The notes: generated by a model not told the origin, from the letters alone. A DNA stretch of 62,911 nt, filler included, from Globobulimina sp. (GCA_003354225.1; 32 parts of 32 records of this genome joined end to end with filler, not necessarily neighbours in it), one strand, 5' to 3'. Shown: positions 1-11,346, counted from the first letter of the whole stretch. Program-made: numbers and translations.

Positions 1-168
1 AAAGTGATTCTTGTCCCTTTGAAAGATATATATATTCAAAAATTCATTTCAAAATTAGCTCTTACATAAAATTATTATACTCATAAACACCCATAAAAAG
101 CATAATATATATATCCTTGCATGCTATAATATTTTTTGCTATTCATAAACTGAAATCATATCCCACTT

Positions 169-514
169 CCGATGCCAATCCCACTTCTTACAGATATATT
201 AAATGCATTTCCGATGCCAATCCCACTTCTTACAGATATATTATGATTTTTCAACATTTAAAAAATGTACAATAATTATTGCCATATTTCAAGAATGAGA
301 TCAATAACGGCTTGGTTGGGTGTGATTTAGTCGGCGATTTGCACAGAGTTCAGTTGGGTGTGATTTATTTGTGCGATTTGCACAGAGTTCAGTTGCGGTG
401 TGATTTATTAAATGCATTTCGGATGCCAATCCCACTTCTTACAGATGTATTAAATGCATTTTCGATGCCAATCCCACTTCTTACAGATATATCAAATGCA
501 TTTCCGATGCCAAT
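169..514 (+). repeat. Interrupted 42-bp tandem repeat with a nested 39-bp repeat
   Basis: Unit CCGATGCCAATCCCACTTCTTACAGATATATTAAATGCATTT occurs at ~169, 211, 420, 462 and 504 (partial). Unit GTGTGATTTA.....GCGATTTGCACAGAGTTCAGTTG occurs ~2.3 times at 319-408. Confidence 0.9.
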
Positions 515-898
515 ATGGAAAAAATTATATTTCCCCTGACGGTTATGCGCAGTTAAAAGGTAAAATATCTACAATAATTCATGACATATGAGTGGTCTCT
601 CCTGGTCCCATGGATACAGAATATACACGAATTTGTTGATACAGATTTTGACAAAAAGTACAACATGTTCTTTGATGATTGTTGTTTCGTCGTCGTGATT
701 CTTAGGTTAGACGTATTTAGGAATGCCAATCTAAAAGACATTGGAGGTATCGCTCTCAGAAAACGGTTAGTTGGACAGTCTAAATTAATATATCAATATT
801 CATTCTTCATTTGCCCTTTCAGGTGCTTGTTCTTTTGCTGTTCCTGTTGCTGTTTCTCTTCTTGCTTCGTGTTCAGTGTTTTTATTTGGACTTTTTGG

Positions 899-979
899 AT
901 GAGTCCACATGAGTCCACTCCAAATAAGAATGAGTCCAAACGAGTTCAATGAGTCTAAATGAGTCCAAATGAGTTCAAT
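899..979 (+). repeat. 10-bp ATGAGTCCAA-type tandem repeat
   Basis: About 7 degenerate copies of ATGAGTCCA(A/C). Confidence 0.85.
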
Positions 980-1047
980 CGAAGCTTAGACACGATCCAA
1001 ATAGTTTGTGTCATTTTTGATACATTTTTTGTACTGAGACAAATTGT

Positions 1048-1707
1048 CTTTTGAATGTCAATTAATAAATATCAATTTTTTTAGAATGTCCCAAAATGTA
1101 TCTCAAATGTCCTTAAATGTCCTTTTAAATAAGTACACATATTTACACGGCATTTCCTTTTTTTTTTGATATAGTATTTTCTTAGTTATCGATGTCCATA
1201 AAATATGTCCAAATAAATATCAAAAATATGTGTACATTCTGTATAAAATGCCGACATTTCTATCACAAATGTCTGGCATTTGTTTCAGTGGTGGGTTGTT
1301 AAAGGTTTTCAAAATGATTTCGTAATGAAAATGGTGCACAGTCATTCCATAGCACTCAACCAAGAATGTACCGTTACAAAGACATTATAATTATTCGCTC
1401 AAAGTGTCAGACATTTGTGATAGAAATGTCGACATTTTATACAGAATGTACACATTATTCTTGACATTTATTTGGACATATGCATATGTTACATAGATTT
1501 TTGTACATTTTATACAGAATGTACACATATTTTTGACATTTATTTGGACATATTTTATGGACATCGATAACTAAGAAAATACTATATCAAAAAAAGGAAA
1601 TGTCGTGTAAATATGTGTACTTATTTAAAAGGCCATTAAAAGGACATTTGAGATACATTTTGGGACATTATAAAAAAATTGATATTTATTAATTGACATT
1701 CGAAAAG
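1048..1707. repeat. Long imperfect inverted repeat (foldback): arms ~1048-1282 and ~1400-1707, loop ~118 bp
   Basis: The arms are reverse complements with scattered mismatches. The right arm has an internal duplication (~1432-1481 repeated at ~1505-1552). Both arms are rich in AAATGTC/GACATTT motifs. Confidence 0.92.
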
Positions 1708-1870
1708 CACTCTTTGTTTACCACGAAGGGCTTTAGCTGCAAGCGTTCCAAAAAGTGATTCTTGTCCCTTTGAAAGATATATATATTCAAAAATTCATTT
1801 CAAAATTAGCTCTTACATAAAATTATTATACTCATAAACACCCATAAAAAGCATAATATATATATCCTTG

Positions 1871-1970
1871 NNNNNNNNNNNNNNNNNNNNNNNNNNNNNN
1901 NNNNNNNNNNNNNNTTAATTAATTAANNNNNNNNNNNNNNNNNNNNNNNNNNNNNNNNNNNNNNNNNNNN
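1871..1970. other. Artificial contig spacer (first of 31)
   Basis: N-run + TTAATTAATTAA + N-run, recurring every ~1,970 bp. Confidence 0.99.
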
Positions 1971-1997
1971 GCGACGCATAGCCCAAATATAGATATT

Positions 1998-3794
1998 ATG
2001 ACTAAAGTTATTCAATTTCTGCAGTTATTGACGTTGATATGCAATGAGAGCTATAATCCATTGTCTCTGTGTACAAATATATTTCAATTCGATTTTTATC
2101 CCTTTTTTTCACATATAATCACCATACCCTTTGAATGGATGTTTTGTATGCTTTTTCTGGCTGCGTTTTTTGTTTTATTTTGTGTTTCGCCGCAATTGAA
2201 ATATGTAACGCGTGCAAATCGAGATAGATTTAACACCATTTTGGCATTTTTTGGTTGGGTGACAATGAATGTTGCGTTCATACCAATTTTGCGTAATATT
2301 CTTGGTGTGTTTGTGTGTAACCACATGTCTAAGTATTTGGTAAATGGTAGGAATGCTTGTTGGAGCTCCATATCTCATTGGTTTTATGTGACGGTGAGTG
2401 TCATTGTATTGGTATTATACTTACCGACTGTCTATAGATTGCAATATCGATGCAATGATTTACGACAAATTAATACATCCGAATGGATTGCATGGAATAA
2501 AGATTACCCACAACATAACAGAGTACATTTTACCTCACAGACCACCACAAAAACAGCACCCATTTATACAACAATTGTGGTCATAATGGTCGCTATGTCC
2601 TTTTCCAGTGATATTTATGTATTCATTGTGTGTGCATTGGCTTTATGTGTGTTGACATTATTTGTCCCTCCATTTTATTTCCGCAATATGAATATCTTTG
2701 ATTGTTCCTTATATTTTGGTGTATTATGGACGTATTTATGTGCACTGTTTGTGTCGCAAATTGATACGCATTACATAACCATTATACATTTCTCATTATT
2801 ATCACCATTCATGTTATTTGGTGCCGTTTTAATGTGGTTACGAGTTCATATCAATTGGTATGACGAAATACGTGGCGATTTTCGTAAAATATTAGCTAAA
2901 AAAAGTATTGGTATTATCTCTGAAGATATCAATTACAACAATTTAGAGGTCAGTGTCTCCGGTGTGATCAGAGCAGAAAATAACAACAACGCACCAATAA
3001 TAGCTGAAAACAACGACATTAACGATAACAAATCAGCAGAATATGACGATTTAAATGAACAAATCATCTCAGCAGCACAGGAACAGCACGCACACAAATC
3101 ACCGGTCATAAAATCGTCAGAATTCGGTTTAATTCCGTACAAAATAACAGAAACTGTTAATAGGCGGAAAAGAAACAGAATCGATACAAATTCAACAGAG
3201 GTATCCATCCATCATAATTCCATTGAGATAAAAGTGCAGAATTCGCTGCCATTGAACCCATTAAGCGAAGAGGATGCGGCTTTATTATCGCTTGAAACCT
3301 CTGTGGAAGCCACTGAGACTGAAATAAATTACAGCGATGAGACATCGCCTTCGCATACTGATAAAACAGAAAACGGAGAGGTGGATACTCACATTGGTAT
3401 TGTGGTGGATTGCGATATGTTATTGGATGCTAACACAGATGGCATCATCACAGATAATGACAGTTCGTATGTTGATATCGAAGAAGCCAAAGATAAATTT
3501 GACACGGATTTGAGTAAGATATCACAGAGCATAATGCAGCGGAAGTTATCGTCAGACACTGTGCGAAGGAAAATGAGTGAAGAATGTTCATCGAAATATA
3601 ATTATTTGAACATTAGCTTGAAAACCATACAAAATGAGAGCAGTTTCAGTGAGTTTGATTATTATGCGTCCATTAATCAGCATGAAGTGCCTGTGAGTTC
3701 GGTGTTGCATGGCAGCAATAAAAGTGCGAGTGATGTCACTGAGTTTTCTGGCATGGATGAGGTGCCTCAAAATATTGCAGCTCATTTGTTTTGA
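1998..3794 (+). CDS. Multi-pass membrane protein with long acidic disordered C-tail, probably 5'-partial
   Basis: 598-aa ORF with ~7-8 hydrophobic segments in the first 285 aa. Confidence 0.75.
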   Translation: MTKVIQFLQLLTLICNESYNPLSLCTNIFQFDFYPFFSHIITIPFEWMFCMLFLAAFFVLFCVSPQLKYVTRANRDRFNTILAFFGWVTMNVAFIPILRNILGVFVCNHMSKYLVNGRNACWSSISHWFYVTVSVIVLVLYLPTVYRLQYRCNDLRQINTSEWIAWNKDYPQHNRVHFTSQTTTKTAPIYTTIVVIMVAMSFSSDIYVFIVCALALCVLTLFVPPFYFRNMNIFDCSLYFGVLWTYLCALFVSQIDTHYITIIHFSLLSPFMLFGAVLMWLRVHINWYDEIRGDFRKILAKKSIGIISEDINYNNLEVSVSGVIRAENNNNAPIIAENNDINDNKSAEYDDLNEQIISAAQEQHAHKSPVIKSSEFGLIPYKITETVNRRKRNRIDTNSTEVSIHHNSIEIKVQNSLPLNPLSEEDAALLSLETSVEATETEINYSDETSPSHTDKTENGEVDTHIGIVVDCDMLLDANTDGIITDNDSSYVDIEEAKDKFDTDLSKISQSIMQRKLSSDTVRRKMSEECSSKYNYLNISLKTIQNESSFSEFDYYASINQHEVPVSSVLHGSNKSASDVTEFSGMDEVPQNIAAHLF

Positions 3795-4474
3795 GTTAAT
3801 CTTATTTTTTTATTTTTTTTTAACTTTTTTTTTTTATATCNNNNNNNNNNNNNNNNNNNNNNNNNNNNNNNNNNNNNNNNNNNNTTAATTAATTAANNNN
3901 NNNNNNNNNNNNNNNNNNNNNNNNNNNNNNNNNNNNNNNNTGCCAATCACACAGTTCATACATAATCACATGCCATTGACGATACCTATGAGCCTGCTCA
4001 ACCTGATCATCTCTCGACTCAATTTATACAAATATTACAATAAATTAATAGACAGAAAAAAACAACATGTTAAACAGTCCAAACAATAAAAAAACAATTA
4101 GTATTTTACCAAGTCAAGATCCAACTGAATATGGGTACAATATTTTACCCAAAAAAAGACCATACAGTGAACCCATTGGAGCATAATAAAAAAATACTAA
4201 TTCAAGGGATTTTTGTGATTACCAATATTGATTGGTTATATATTTATAATTTCAGACTTATTGATTGGTTTTATGGGATGAATTGTGATTTGGTTATGTG
4301 TTTGTATTGATTTATTATGTGTTTGTATTGATTTATTATGTGTTTGATTGATTGTGTTAGTTTTAGTGTCATGTTTTGAGATGAAAACTTAAGTGAAGTA
4401 CAAAACAAACTCTTTTCATCTTTAAAACACCCTCTTCTAAACCCTTCTAAACCCCTTCTATAACCCTTGTAAAT

Positions 4475-5002
4475 ATGGCGCAAATTAAAAAAGAAACAGC
4501 CACACCATTAGCTATTGTTAAATCAGTACCATTAGGTTATGTTCCTGTGCATGGTGCATCCATTGGTGTTCAAGAGATTCGACATTCGCCATTGGTTGCA
4601 TTGGATAAAGTTATTGGTGATTTGAAAGAAGAATTAGTGAATGCGAATGAGCGTATCGATGATCAAAATTTAGAGATTGCTGTATTGGATGCAAATTTGA
4701 ATAATGCGAAAGATGAATTGGAGGATACGGTGAATGAGTTGGTTGATATTAAAGAGCAATGGCGAGATGTGGCGGAATCGACGCATGTAACGATCGATGA
4801 TTTTAGTGAGGTATTTGGTGAATTTATGGATAAAGCCATGATGAAATGCGATGGATTGAAGGCAGCGCAGCGAAGATATGAATTATTATATGAGTATAAA
4901 TCGGTGGCTTTTAAAGCATTAAAGAAGAAATATGATTTATTGAAGAATAAAAAGGATAAAGATATTAGTATTCATATTGTCCGTAATTTTAATTGTAATT
5001 AA
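4475..5002 (+). CDS. Hypothetical coiled-coil protein
   Basis: 175-aa intronless ORF with heptad-like acidic helices. Confidence 0.6.
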   Translation: MAQIKKETATPLAIVKSVPLGYVPVHGASIGVQEIRHSPLVALDKVIGDLKEELVNANERIDDQNLEIAVLDANLNNAKDELEDTVNELVDIKEQWRDVAESTHVTIDDFSEVFGEFMDKAMMKCDGLKAAQRRYELLYEYKSVAFKALKKKYDLLKNKKDKDISIHIVRNFNCN

Positions 5003-5287
5003 CTTGTATTAAATAAATAAAGCATTCTTATTATTTATGTATATTTGTAAAGTATTTTGTGGTTTGTTTGCATTTTTGTTTGTTTTTGATATCCCGCATT
5101 GAATCCATTGTATACAATCCATTTAATTAATAATTGATTAATTTGTCCATTTGATTGATTTGTCCATTCCATTGATATACAGCTAACGTTTCTAAAAGTG
5201 TCAGATGTCATCTTTCAGAGTACAAAAACTTTGGTTTACATCAACAAAACTTACACATTCACACATTTACATTCCGTTAAGGTCTCC

Positions 5288-5710
5288 ATGACCTCGTTGT
5301 GTTTCGGTGCCACGCCAAGTCCATCAATGAATGGTGTGGCATCAATTCAAAATCAACCGTTTCTGCAAAATGCCATCATACGGCCGGTTGACCAAACCAT
5401 TCATTCTAATCAATATGGTCTGAATTGGTATAATATGTTCAGAATGGATGTCGATATTATTACAAAACAGTCAGAAATTCAACAGAAACAATCAAAATGT
5501 TTCAAAACTATAGTCAAGAAACACAAAAAAAGCAATAACAGATTGCAAACAATTAAATCAATCAAACGCAAATCGAAGACGATAAAAAAGAAAAACAAAG
5601 CAAATTCAAAGAAATCCAATCAAATCAAATCAAAATCAAACAAATCAAAGCGATCCAATTCAAATCAATCAAAACGATCCAAATCAAAGGGAGGAAGGAA
5701 AATAGGTTAA
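5288..5710 (+). CDS. Hypothetical protein with Lys/Ser-rich basic C-terminus
   Basis: Open frame 5198-5710, first ATG ~5288; very basic KSKxSN repeats. Confidence 0.4.
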   Translation: MTSLCFGATPSPSMNGVASIQNQPFLQNAIIRPVDQTIHSNQYGLNWYNMFRMDVDIITKQSEIQQKQSKCFKTIVKKHKKSNNRLQTIKSIKRKSKTIKKKNKANSKKSNQIKSKSNKSKRSNSNQSKRSKSKGGRKIG

Positions 5711-5910
5711 TAATAAAATGTTAATGGTTCCCGATGAAACACAACCTTTAAGAATTCAATTTTGACTTTCAATGTTTTTATTTTGAATAATCTGTAAAAA
5801 ACTGTAAATTNNNNNNNNNNNNNNNNNNNNNNNNNNNNNNNNNNNNNNNNNNNNTTAATTAATTAANNNNNNNNNNNNNNNNNNNNNNNNNNNNNNNNNN
5901 NNNNNNNNNN

Positions 5911-6599
5911 GTCCAAGTGCTAGGATATGCAGGCAGTGTGGTACCTTTTTTTCTGACTTGCATCACTTTACCAAAGGAGCCGCGGCCAATCACCTTTAAA
6001 AACTCGAAATCGTCCGGTTTCACCTTCTCTTTGCTGTCGATGAGCTGCCCGGTCACTTTGGCCTGCTGCGCGTCGTTGATCTCGTCGTCGTAATTGTCTT
6101 TGCCGATTAATTCCTGATAGCGACGCAAGCGCTGCTCGCGAGTTTGCAATCGCGCCACGTCTTTGGTGACGGTGACGGCCAACATGCTGTCTTGTTGGAT
6201 TTTGTTGATGGCCAATTTCTTGCCTTCTTTGCGTTTGTATAACTCGGCCAAGACGGAGGCGATGCGGTCTTTATAGCCAGATTTGTAGCGATAGTCATAT
6301 TCTTCGGGGATATGGATGGCGAATTCTTGCGAGGTGGTCGAGATGGTGACAGATACGATTTTTTCTAAATCAATGCGTCTTTGGCATTTGCGGATCTCTT
6401 TCGGTTTTAAGTTATATAAAGCTTTGTCGGTCAATAATAAGATGCGATTCTGCTCTTTGCCTCGCTTGTTGATTTTCACTAATTTGACGGATAAAACTAC
6501 GCGTTCTTGTTCGGGGAAATTGTCTCCCATTTTCGATAACATTTTCTGACATGACACATTTTGCGCCAATGAAAGTTTATCGTCTGATTCAGTTGCCAT
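5911..6599 (-). CDS. AGC-type Ser/Thr kinase with N-terminal myosin-I TH1/PH-like domain (3'-partial)
   Basis: KINKRGKEQNRILLLTDKALYNL...RRIDLEKIVSVTIS...EFAIHIPEEYDYRY is TH1-like. DDFEFLKVIGRGSFGKVMQVRKK is an Akt/SGK/S6K-like subdomain I. Confidence 0.85.
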
Positions 6600-6740
6600 A
6601 TTTGCAGGTGTTTATTTGTTATAATATAGTATACAAAGTGTTGAATAAATTAAAGCGAATTCGAAGTGAAAGTCGACAATTAAAAAACTCAAACTGTAGT
6701 GAAAAACTTTTTGCTGCTGTGCTTATATACGTATTGCAGC

Positions 6741-7780
6741 ATGTGGCCGTTATTTGACTTTTTATACAACTACAAGTTCGACACCACACAAATCGTTTTG
6801 ATTGCAGCAGGGTTCGCAATCTGGTTACTGATCTATACGCCATTATCGCTGTATCATGGCAAAAGGTTTTATTCCAATCGCAATCATATTGTGTACAAAG
6901 CGCGCTATGCGCGGATTACCATTTACGAAGTTACTTTGATAACAATTAAACTCGTTTACAGCTGTTTTGCCAATGCAGTCTGGATCATTATGATAACCGA
7001 TGAAGAAAACCAAACGCATGAATTTGTGGCTCAGTGTGCAGACATTGGCGATACAGTTTTGGCATATTTTGTAATTTATTCATGGATTTGGAGTACGTTA
7101 ATTCTAAAAATATCCATTCTCTTTCCCTACAATGCGTAGTATTAAACAACAGGAATATGGATGATATCCTACAATATGGCTTGGACGAATACTGTGCGGA
7201 ACCATGAGTGGAAGCACATTATCAACACCTCCTACAAAGAGCAGTCCATCGCATCCAGCCACAAAGCAAATTGGTACATGACAAACAAGAAAACGTACGG
7301 TAATTACAAATGGGTGCAATGGAAATTGTTATGGATTGTGCTCCTCTCAGCATTGGTCAACGTTGCTGGAGACTTACTGGCGGTTTTTTATTTTGAGCAC
7401 GACGAGAAATACTTATATTTAGTAAGCTTCAGTGCTTCCTTTCCATGGATATTGCCTTACATCGCATTAGTGACTATCTGGTGCATTACACCTAAATATA
7501 TCGACAATTTTTACGTGTTAAGGGAAATAAAATATGTTTTTTTATGTTTGTGTTTAGATTATTTTGTCGGATATATGACTTATATGCTAATTATGGCTTT
7601 TTATCAACCGCAGTCTACAAACTTTACTCGCATTATAGAGTCCATTTCATTTCATTTCACATTGACTGCGCAGTTTATAGAATTGATGATTTCGACCTGT
7701 TGGGTAAACCAGAAAGTGATTGGTATTATAAATGATGGCCGGTATCAAACGATTACTGCCATAAACAATGGCAATATCAA
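6741..7780 (+). CDS. 7TM receptor-like membrane protein (3'-partial), intron 7093-7152
   Basis: A 60-nt GTACG...ACAG intron joins the two ORFs in frame (YSWIW-R-IWMISYN); about 7 hydrophobic helices. Confidence 0.7.
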
Positions 7781-8028
7781 NNNNNNNNNNNNNNNNNNNN
7801 NNNNNNNNNNNNNNNNNNNNNNNNTTAATTAATTAANNNNNNNNNNNNNNNNNNNNNNNNNNNNNNNNNNNNNNNNNNNNGAATGAATACTTTTAATGAC
7901 TTTTGAAGAGGACTTGATATACTGGTCTGTTGATACAACAAATATTAAGCCAAACTTAAATAAAATAAAACAGATTAATCAAATAAAAAAAAAGAAAATA
8001 TAAAATAGAATAATCAAACAACACTATT

Positions 8029-9750
8029 TTAATTTAATAATTCAAACAGTTGCGTTTCTGTTAGATGAGTTAATCCAATTCCAACCATCGATGTTTTCAT
8101 TTTTGACACAATGCATTCTTTATTTAATAATCCAAATTGATGAATAATATCATGATCATAACTGTAATAATCGTCAAAGACGCAATTCCAAAATGAAGAC
8201 AATGAAATAAACGACATATACCATGAATAATTATATATTTTACTGTTATTTAAGTTGTATTGTCCAAAAATATATTTATATAAATCAAATGGCATTATTG
8301 TGCATGTTTTATTATATTCCAATTCGTTACATTCATCTACAAATAGTTTGCAATTCTCATTGTTATTATATTCAATTATTTCTTTCATGCTATTATGTAT
8401 AGATAAAATATCAAATAGTTTATTATTATTGAGATTATTGTGGTTGTTGTGATAATATTTAATAAATTGTATATTAAATTGTATTACATACAATTTTGAT
8501 ATTTCTATAAATTGCTTGATATTTATTAACTGATTCAATTTTAATTTGATGCCGTTGATTTTAAATGGTGTTAATTTAATAAATATTTTAATGTCTTGAT
8601 CGGATAATATTAAATTTAATTTATTTTGCAATTCACTCTCATCAATCACATGTAATTCCGGTTGCTTTTCCTTTCCTTTTTCTTTATCTTTTTCTTTTGT
8701 ATATTGCTGTGAATTCGAATATAGTTTTTTTTCATACAATTGCTGCTCTCTGCCAATGGCGGGGTATTTATCAAACACAGGAATGTCATCGGAGTTTGTG
8801 GTATATTTCGTCATTAACAAATCCCAGTCGCCATTTACAACGCAAATATAAGCGCGAAAGAACTCGTTTTGCATAATCGCCAATCGATAGGGCCGCACAT
8901 TGCGAGTAACATTGGCGGAGCGACACGACGGGTCTTCCACCACCATCGTCGTCTGATGCTTATATTTGAAATTACTGTAATATTCGTGGCAGATTTTAGA
9001 TTCTAATCCAATTCGCGAGGTTGATATTTGTAACAATTTAAAATTAAAACGACGATACATTTCAAAAAATTGACACAATAATTGCAGCAATGTATCTCTA
9101 TTCAAACTGTTAACGTTTATATCTTTGATGATTGCGATGCTTTCATTGTTTATGGCGGCAATGGGCAAAATGTTCACCATCTGTAGATATTTGATGGATA
9201 ATAACACAAAACCAAAGGAGTTGGGATAATTATTCATGGCATCGCATAAACAACGCAGTCGGCTCCAATGTTTGATGGTGATGATGAATGGACGAACGCG
9301 GTCATCATAGTCGCAATAAAAATTGATTAAGTTGGCAACCGACTGCTGCGAGGACTCAATGGCAATATCCACTTCGATTTGGCGCTCGACGTCGTTCATT
9401 TTGATGATGGGCACCTTTGCATTTAAGATGGGGAATACTTGGAATCGCTGACTCTGACTTTTTTTGTTTTTGTGTAGGAATATGTTGAGGAAAGCAGACA
9501 ACTTTGATTTCTGCTCGTTTTTGTTGAACCATATGTCAATGTTTGGGTTTGCCACAGAATTTGGCAGCGTAATGTCCATATCGCTCTCCTCGCCATCCAA
9601 CTGCGTGCAGATGCTGCCAAATATGCGCGCGGAGGGAATCAGTTTATCGTAAACCACCTCGCCCGTCACTCGACTCATCAATTTCAGCCTTTCTTGCGGC
9701 GCGCAACACGGCGTCAACCATTCTCCATTCTCGTCGCAGTTTATTTCAAT
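8029..9750 (-). CDS. Terminal nucleotidyltransferase (Cid1/TUTase/non-canonical poly(A) polymerase family), 5'-partial
   Basis: IFGS...ESDMDI catalytic motif, AKVPIIK...EVDI, IKHWSRLR and the PAP-associated VEDP...NVTRNV. Confidence 0.88.
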   Translation of the reverse strand: MEINCDENGEWLTPCCAPQERLKLMSRVTGEVVYDKLIPSARIFGSICTQLDGEESDMDITLPNSVANPNIDIWFNKNEQKSKLSAFLNIFLHKNKKSQSQRFQVFPILNAKVPIIKMNDVERQIEVDIAIESSQQSVANLINFYCDYDDRVRPFIITIKHWSRLRCLCDAMNNYPNSFGFVLLSIKYLQMVNILPIAAINNESIAIIKDINVNSLNRDTLLQLLCQFFEMYRRFNFKLLQISTSRIGLESKICHEYYSNFKYKHQTTMVVEDPSCRSANVTRNVRPYRLAIMQNEFFRAYICVVNGDWDLLMTKYTTNSDDIPVFDKYPAIGREQQLYEKKLYSNSQQYTKEKDKEKGKEKQPELHVIDESELQNKLNLILSDQDIKIFIKLTPFKINGIKLKLNQLINIKQFIEISKLYVIQFNIQFIKYYHNNHNNLNNNKLFDILSIHNSMKEIIEYNNNENCKLFVDECNELEYNKTCTIMPFDLYKYIFGQYNLNNSKIYNYSWYMSFISLSSFWNCVFDDYYSYDHDIIHQFGLLNKECIVSKMKTSMVGIGLTHLTETQLFELLN

Positions 9751-9850
9751 NNNNNNNNNNNNNNNNNNNNNNNNNNNNNNNNNNNNNNNNNNNNTTAATT
9801 AATTAANNNNNNNNNNNNNNNNNNNNNNNNNNNNNNNNNNNNNNNNNNNN

Positions 9851-11346
9851 TATCTGCTTACTACCGACATTGCCACTTTTTCACAAATGTACTAAGAAAT
9901 GTCGCAAGCTCACCATGCTTTGAAATCCCATAAATTTGTGTGTTCGCAAGGACGATATGATGAGTATGAAATTCAATCGATTTCGTTATTTCAAGGGTTA
10001 CACGGTTTAACATCAACGGAACTGTCATTTTATAACATATTTAATGCAATCTTACCCACAATGCAAGAAAAAGCGGATTTGCTGATAAAGAATGAAGAAA
10101 AACTGAAACAATTAATAAAAGACTATTCGTTGTTATTAACCGCTTGGAAACACGATGATGAAAATGAACTGAATCTGATGACAAACATTCCAGTCTCATT
10201 AGAAATTTTGTTGATTTGGAGGACACATCTTTTAAATACCAGCCATTATCACAAAGATTGTATGAATTCATTTGGCTCAGTAATAAATTATAAATATAAT
10301 AATATAAATCATAGCAATTCCGCATTACATATTGACTCCAATGAATTTCAAAATGCATTACGTCCTGTAATTGCTATAGATGTCAATGACTTAAGTTTAT
10401 TAAATATATGCTTAGATTTCAGCTGCATTCCTTTAAAAAACCAACAAAATTTAAGGAAATGCCTTTGAAACCTAAGCAGTGCAACTTTTGTGTACGTCGA
10501 TCAGATGTAATATCCATTGACTTTGCTGTTTTTCAAAACGCATTGTTGGATTATTGTAGGTTTATTAGCCACTGCAATTTGCGTAGCATTGATTCCAGCA
10601 AAACAATGACCCGATATCGATATTTTATGTATTTAAAATATATCACAAATGAGAATAAAATCAATAATTCAAAATTGCATTTAATTGCCAGCGCAGATAT
10701 TTTACTGCTATGGCATTGCCATATTATTTATAACATATCTTCTTACTTTGATTTTAGCTTTCAATTATTTGCAAATACAATATTGAAATATGACTTTGTA
10801 TTATCCGACGACACCGTGACAAACAATGATATCCAGCAAACGCAGCGTCTCTGGGATACATATTTTGGTGCAAATTCATATCGGGACTATGCATTTAATA
10901 ATTTTGTGTTTGGAGATGAGATATTTAATGCTAACGAAGCAAACACTGACATTGCAATTGGTGGCGGAGCGCGTGTCGGTGAAAGGGAGTACATCTTTGA
11001 CGGTAATTTGGCTCCGGAGGGATTTAATAATAATAATAATAATAATAATAATGTTGGTAATTCTGGCAAAAAAAGCTTTTTTTATCATCGCGAAAATAGA
11101 AAATGTGCATTATGTCTTGGTGTGATTGGATATGAAGTTATTGTCTTAGTTATTTGCTTGATATTATATTTTACTGAAACAAGTTTGGTGTTTACATTGA
11201 TGGTTTTGTTTGGTGCCACTTTATTGATGGTGCTGTTCGTCTGTTTTACTGCAAATAGAAATTTTTGCAGTACGGATGATGAAGAAATTGAGGATGCAAA
11301 GATTGAAGTTGCTATCAAGCAATATCCAAAGGAATATAGAAATTAA
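9851..11346 (+). CDS. GRDP/DUF1399-like protein with two repeats and C-terminal TM helices; probable intron ~10367-10422
   Basis: Two copies of a P/A-S-x-D/E-I-x-L-x-W-x-x-H motif (IPVSLEILLIWRTHLL; IASADILLLWHCHII). A GT...TTTCAG intron restores the frame. Confidence 0.6.

Larger units (their letters stand above)
1..1870. mobile_element. Terminally redundant contig: circular molecule or tandem unit of 1,751 bp
   Basis: Positions 1-119 are identical to 1752-1870, as expected for assembler k-mer overlap on a cyclic path. Confidence 0.75.

Noticed and set aside
169..514. CRISPR-like repeat array
   Set aside because: The repeats are directly tandem with no unique spacers, and no cas genes are present.
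581..952. 123-aa ORF in the circular contig as a Rep protein
   Set aside because: No HUH, helicase or other recognisable motif; the C-terminal half is low-complexity repeat translation.
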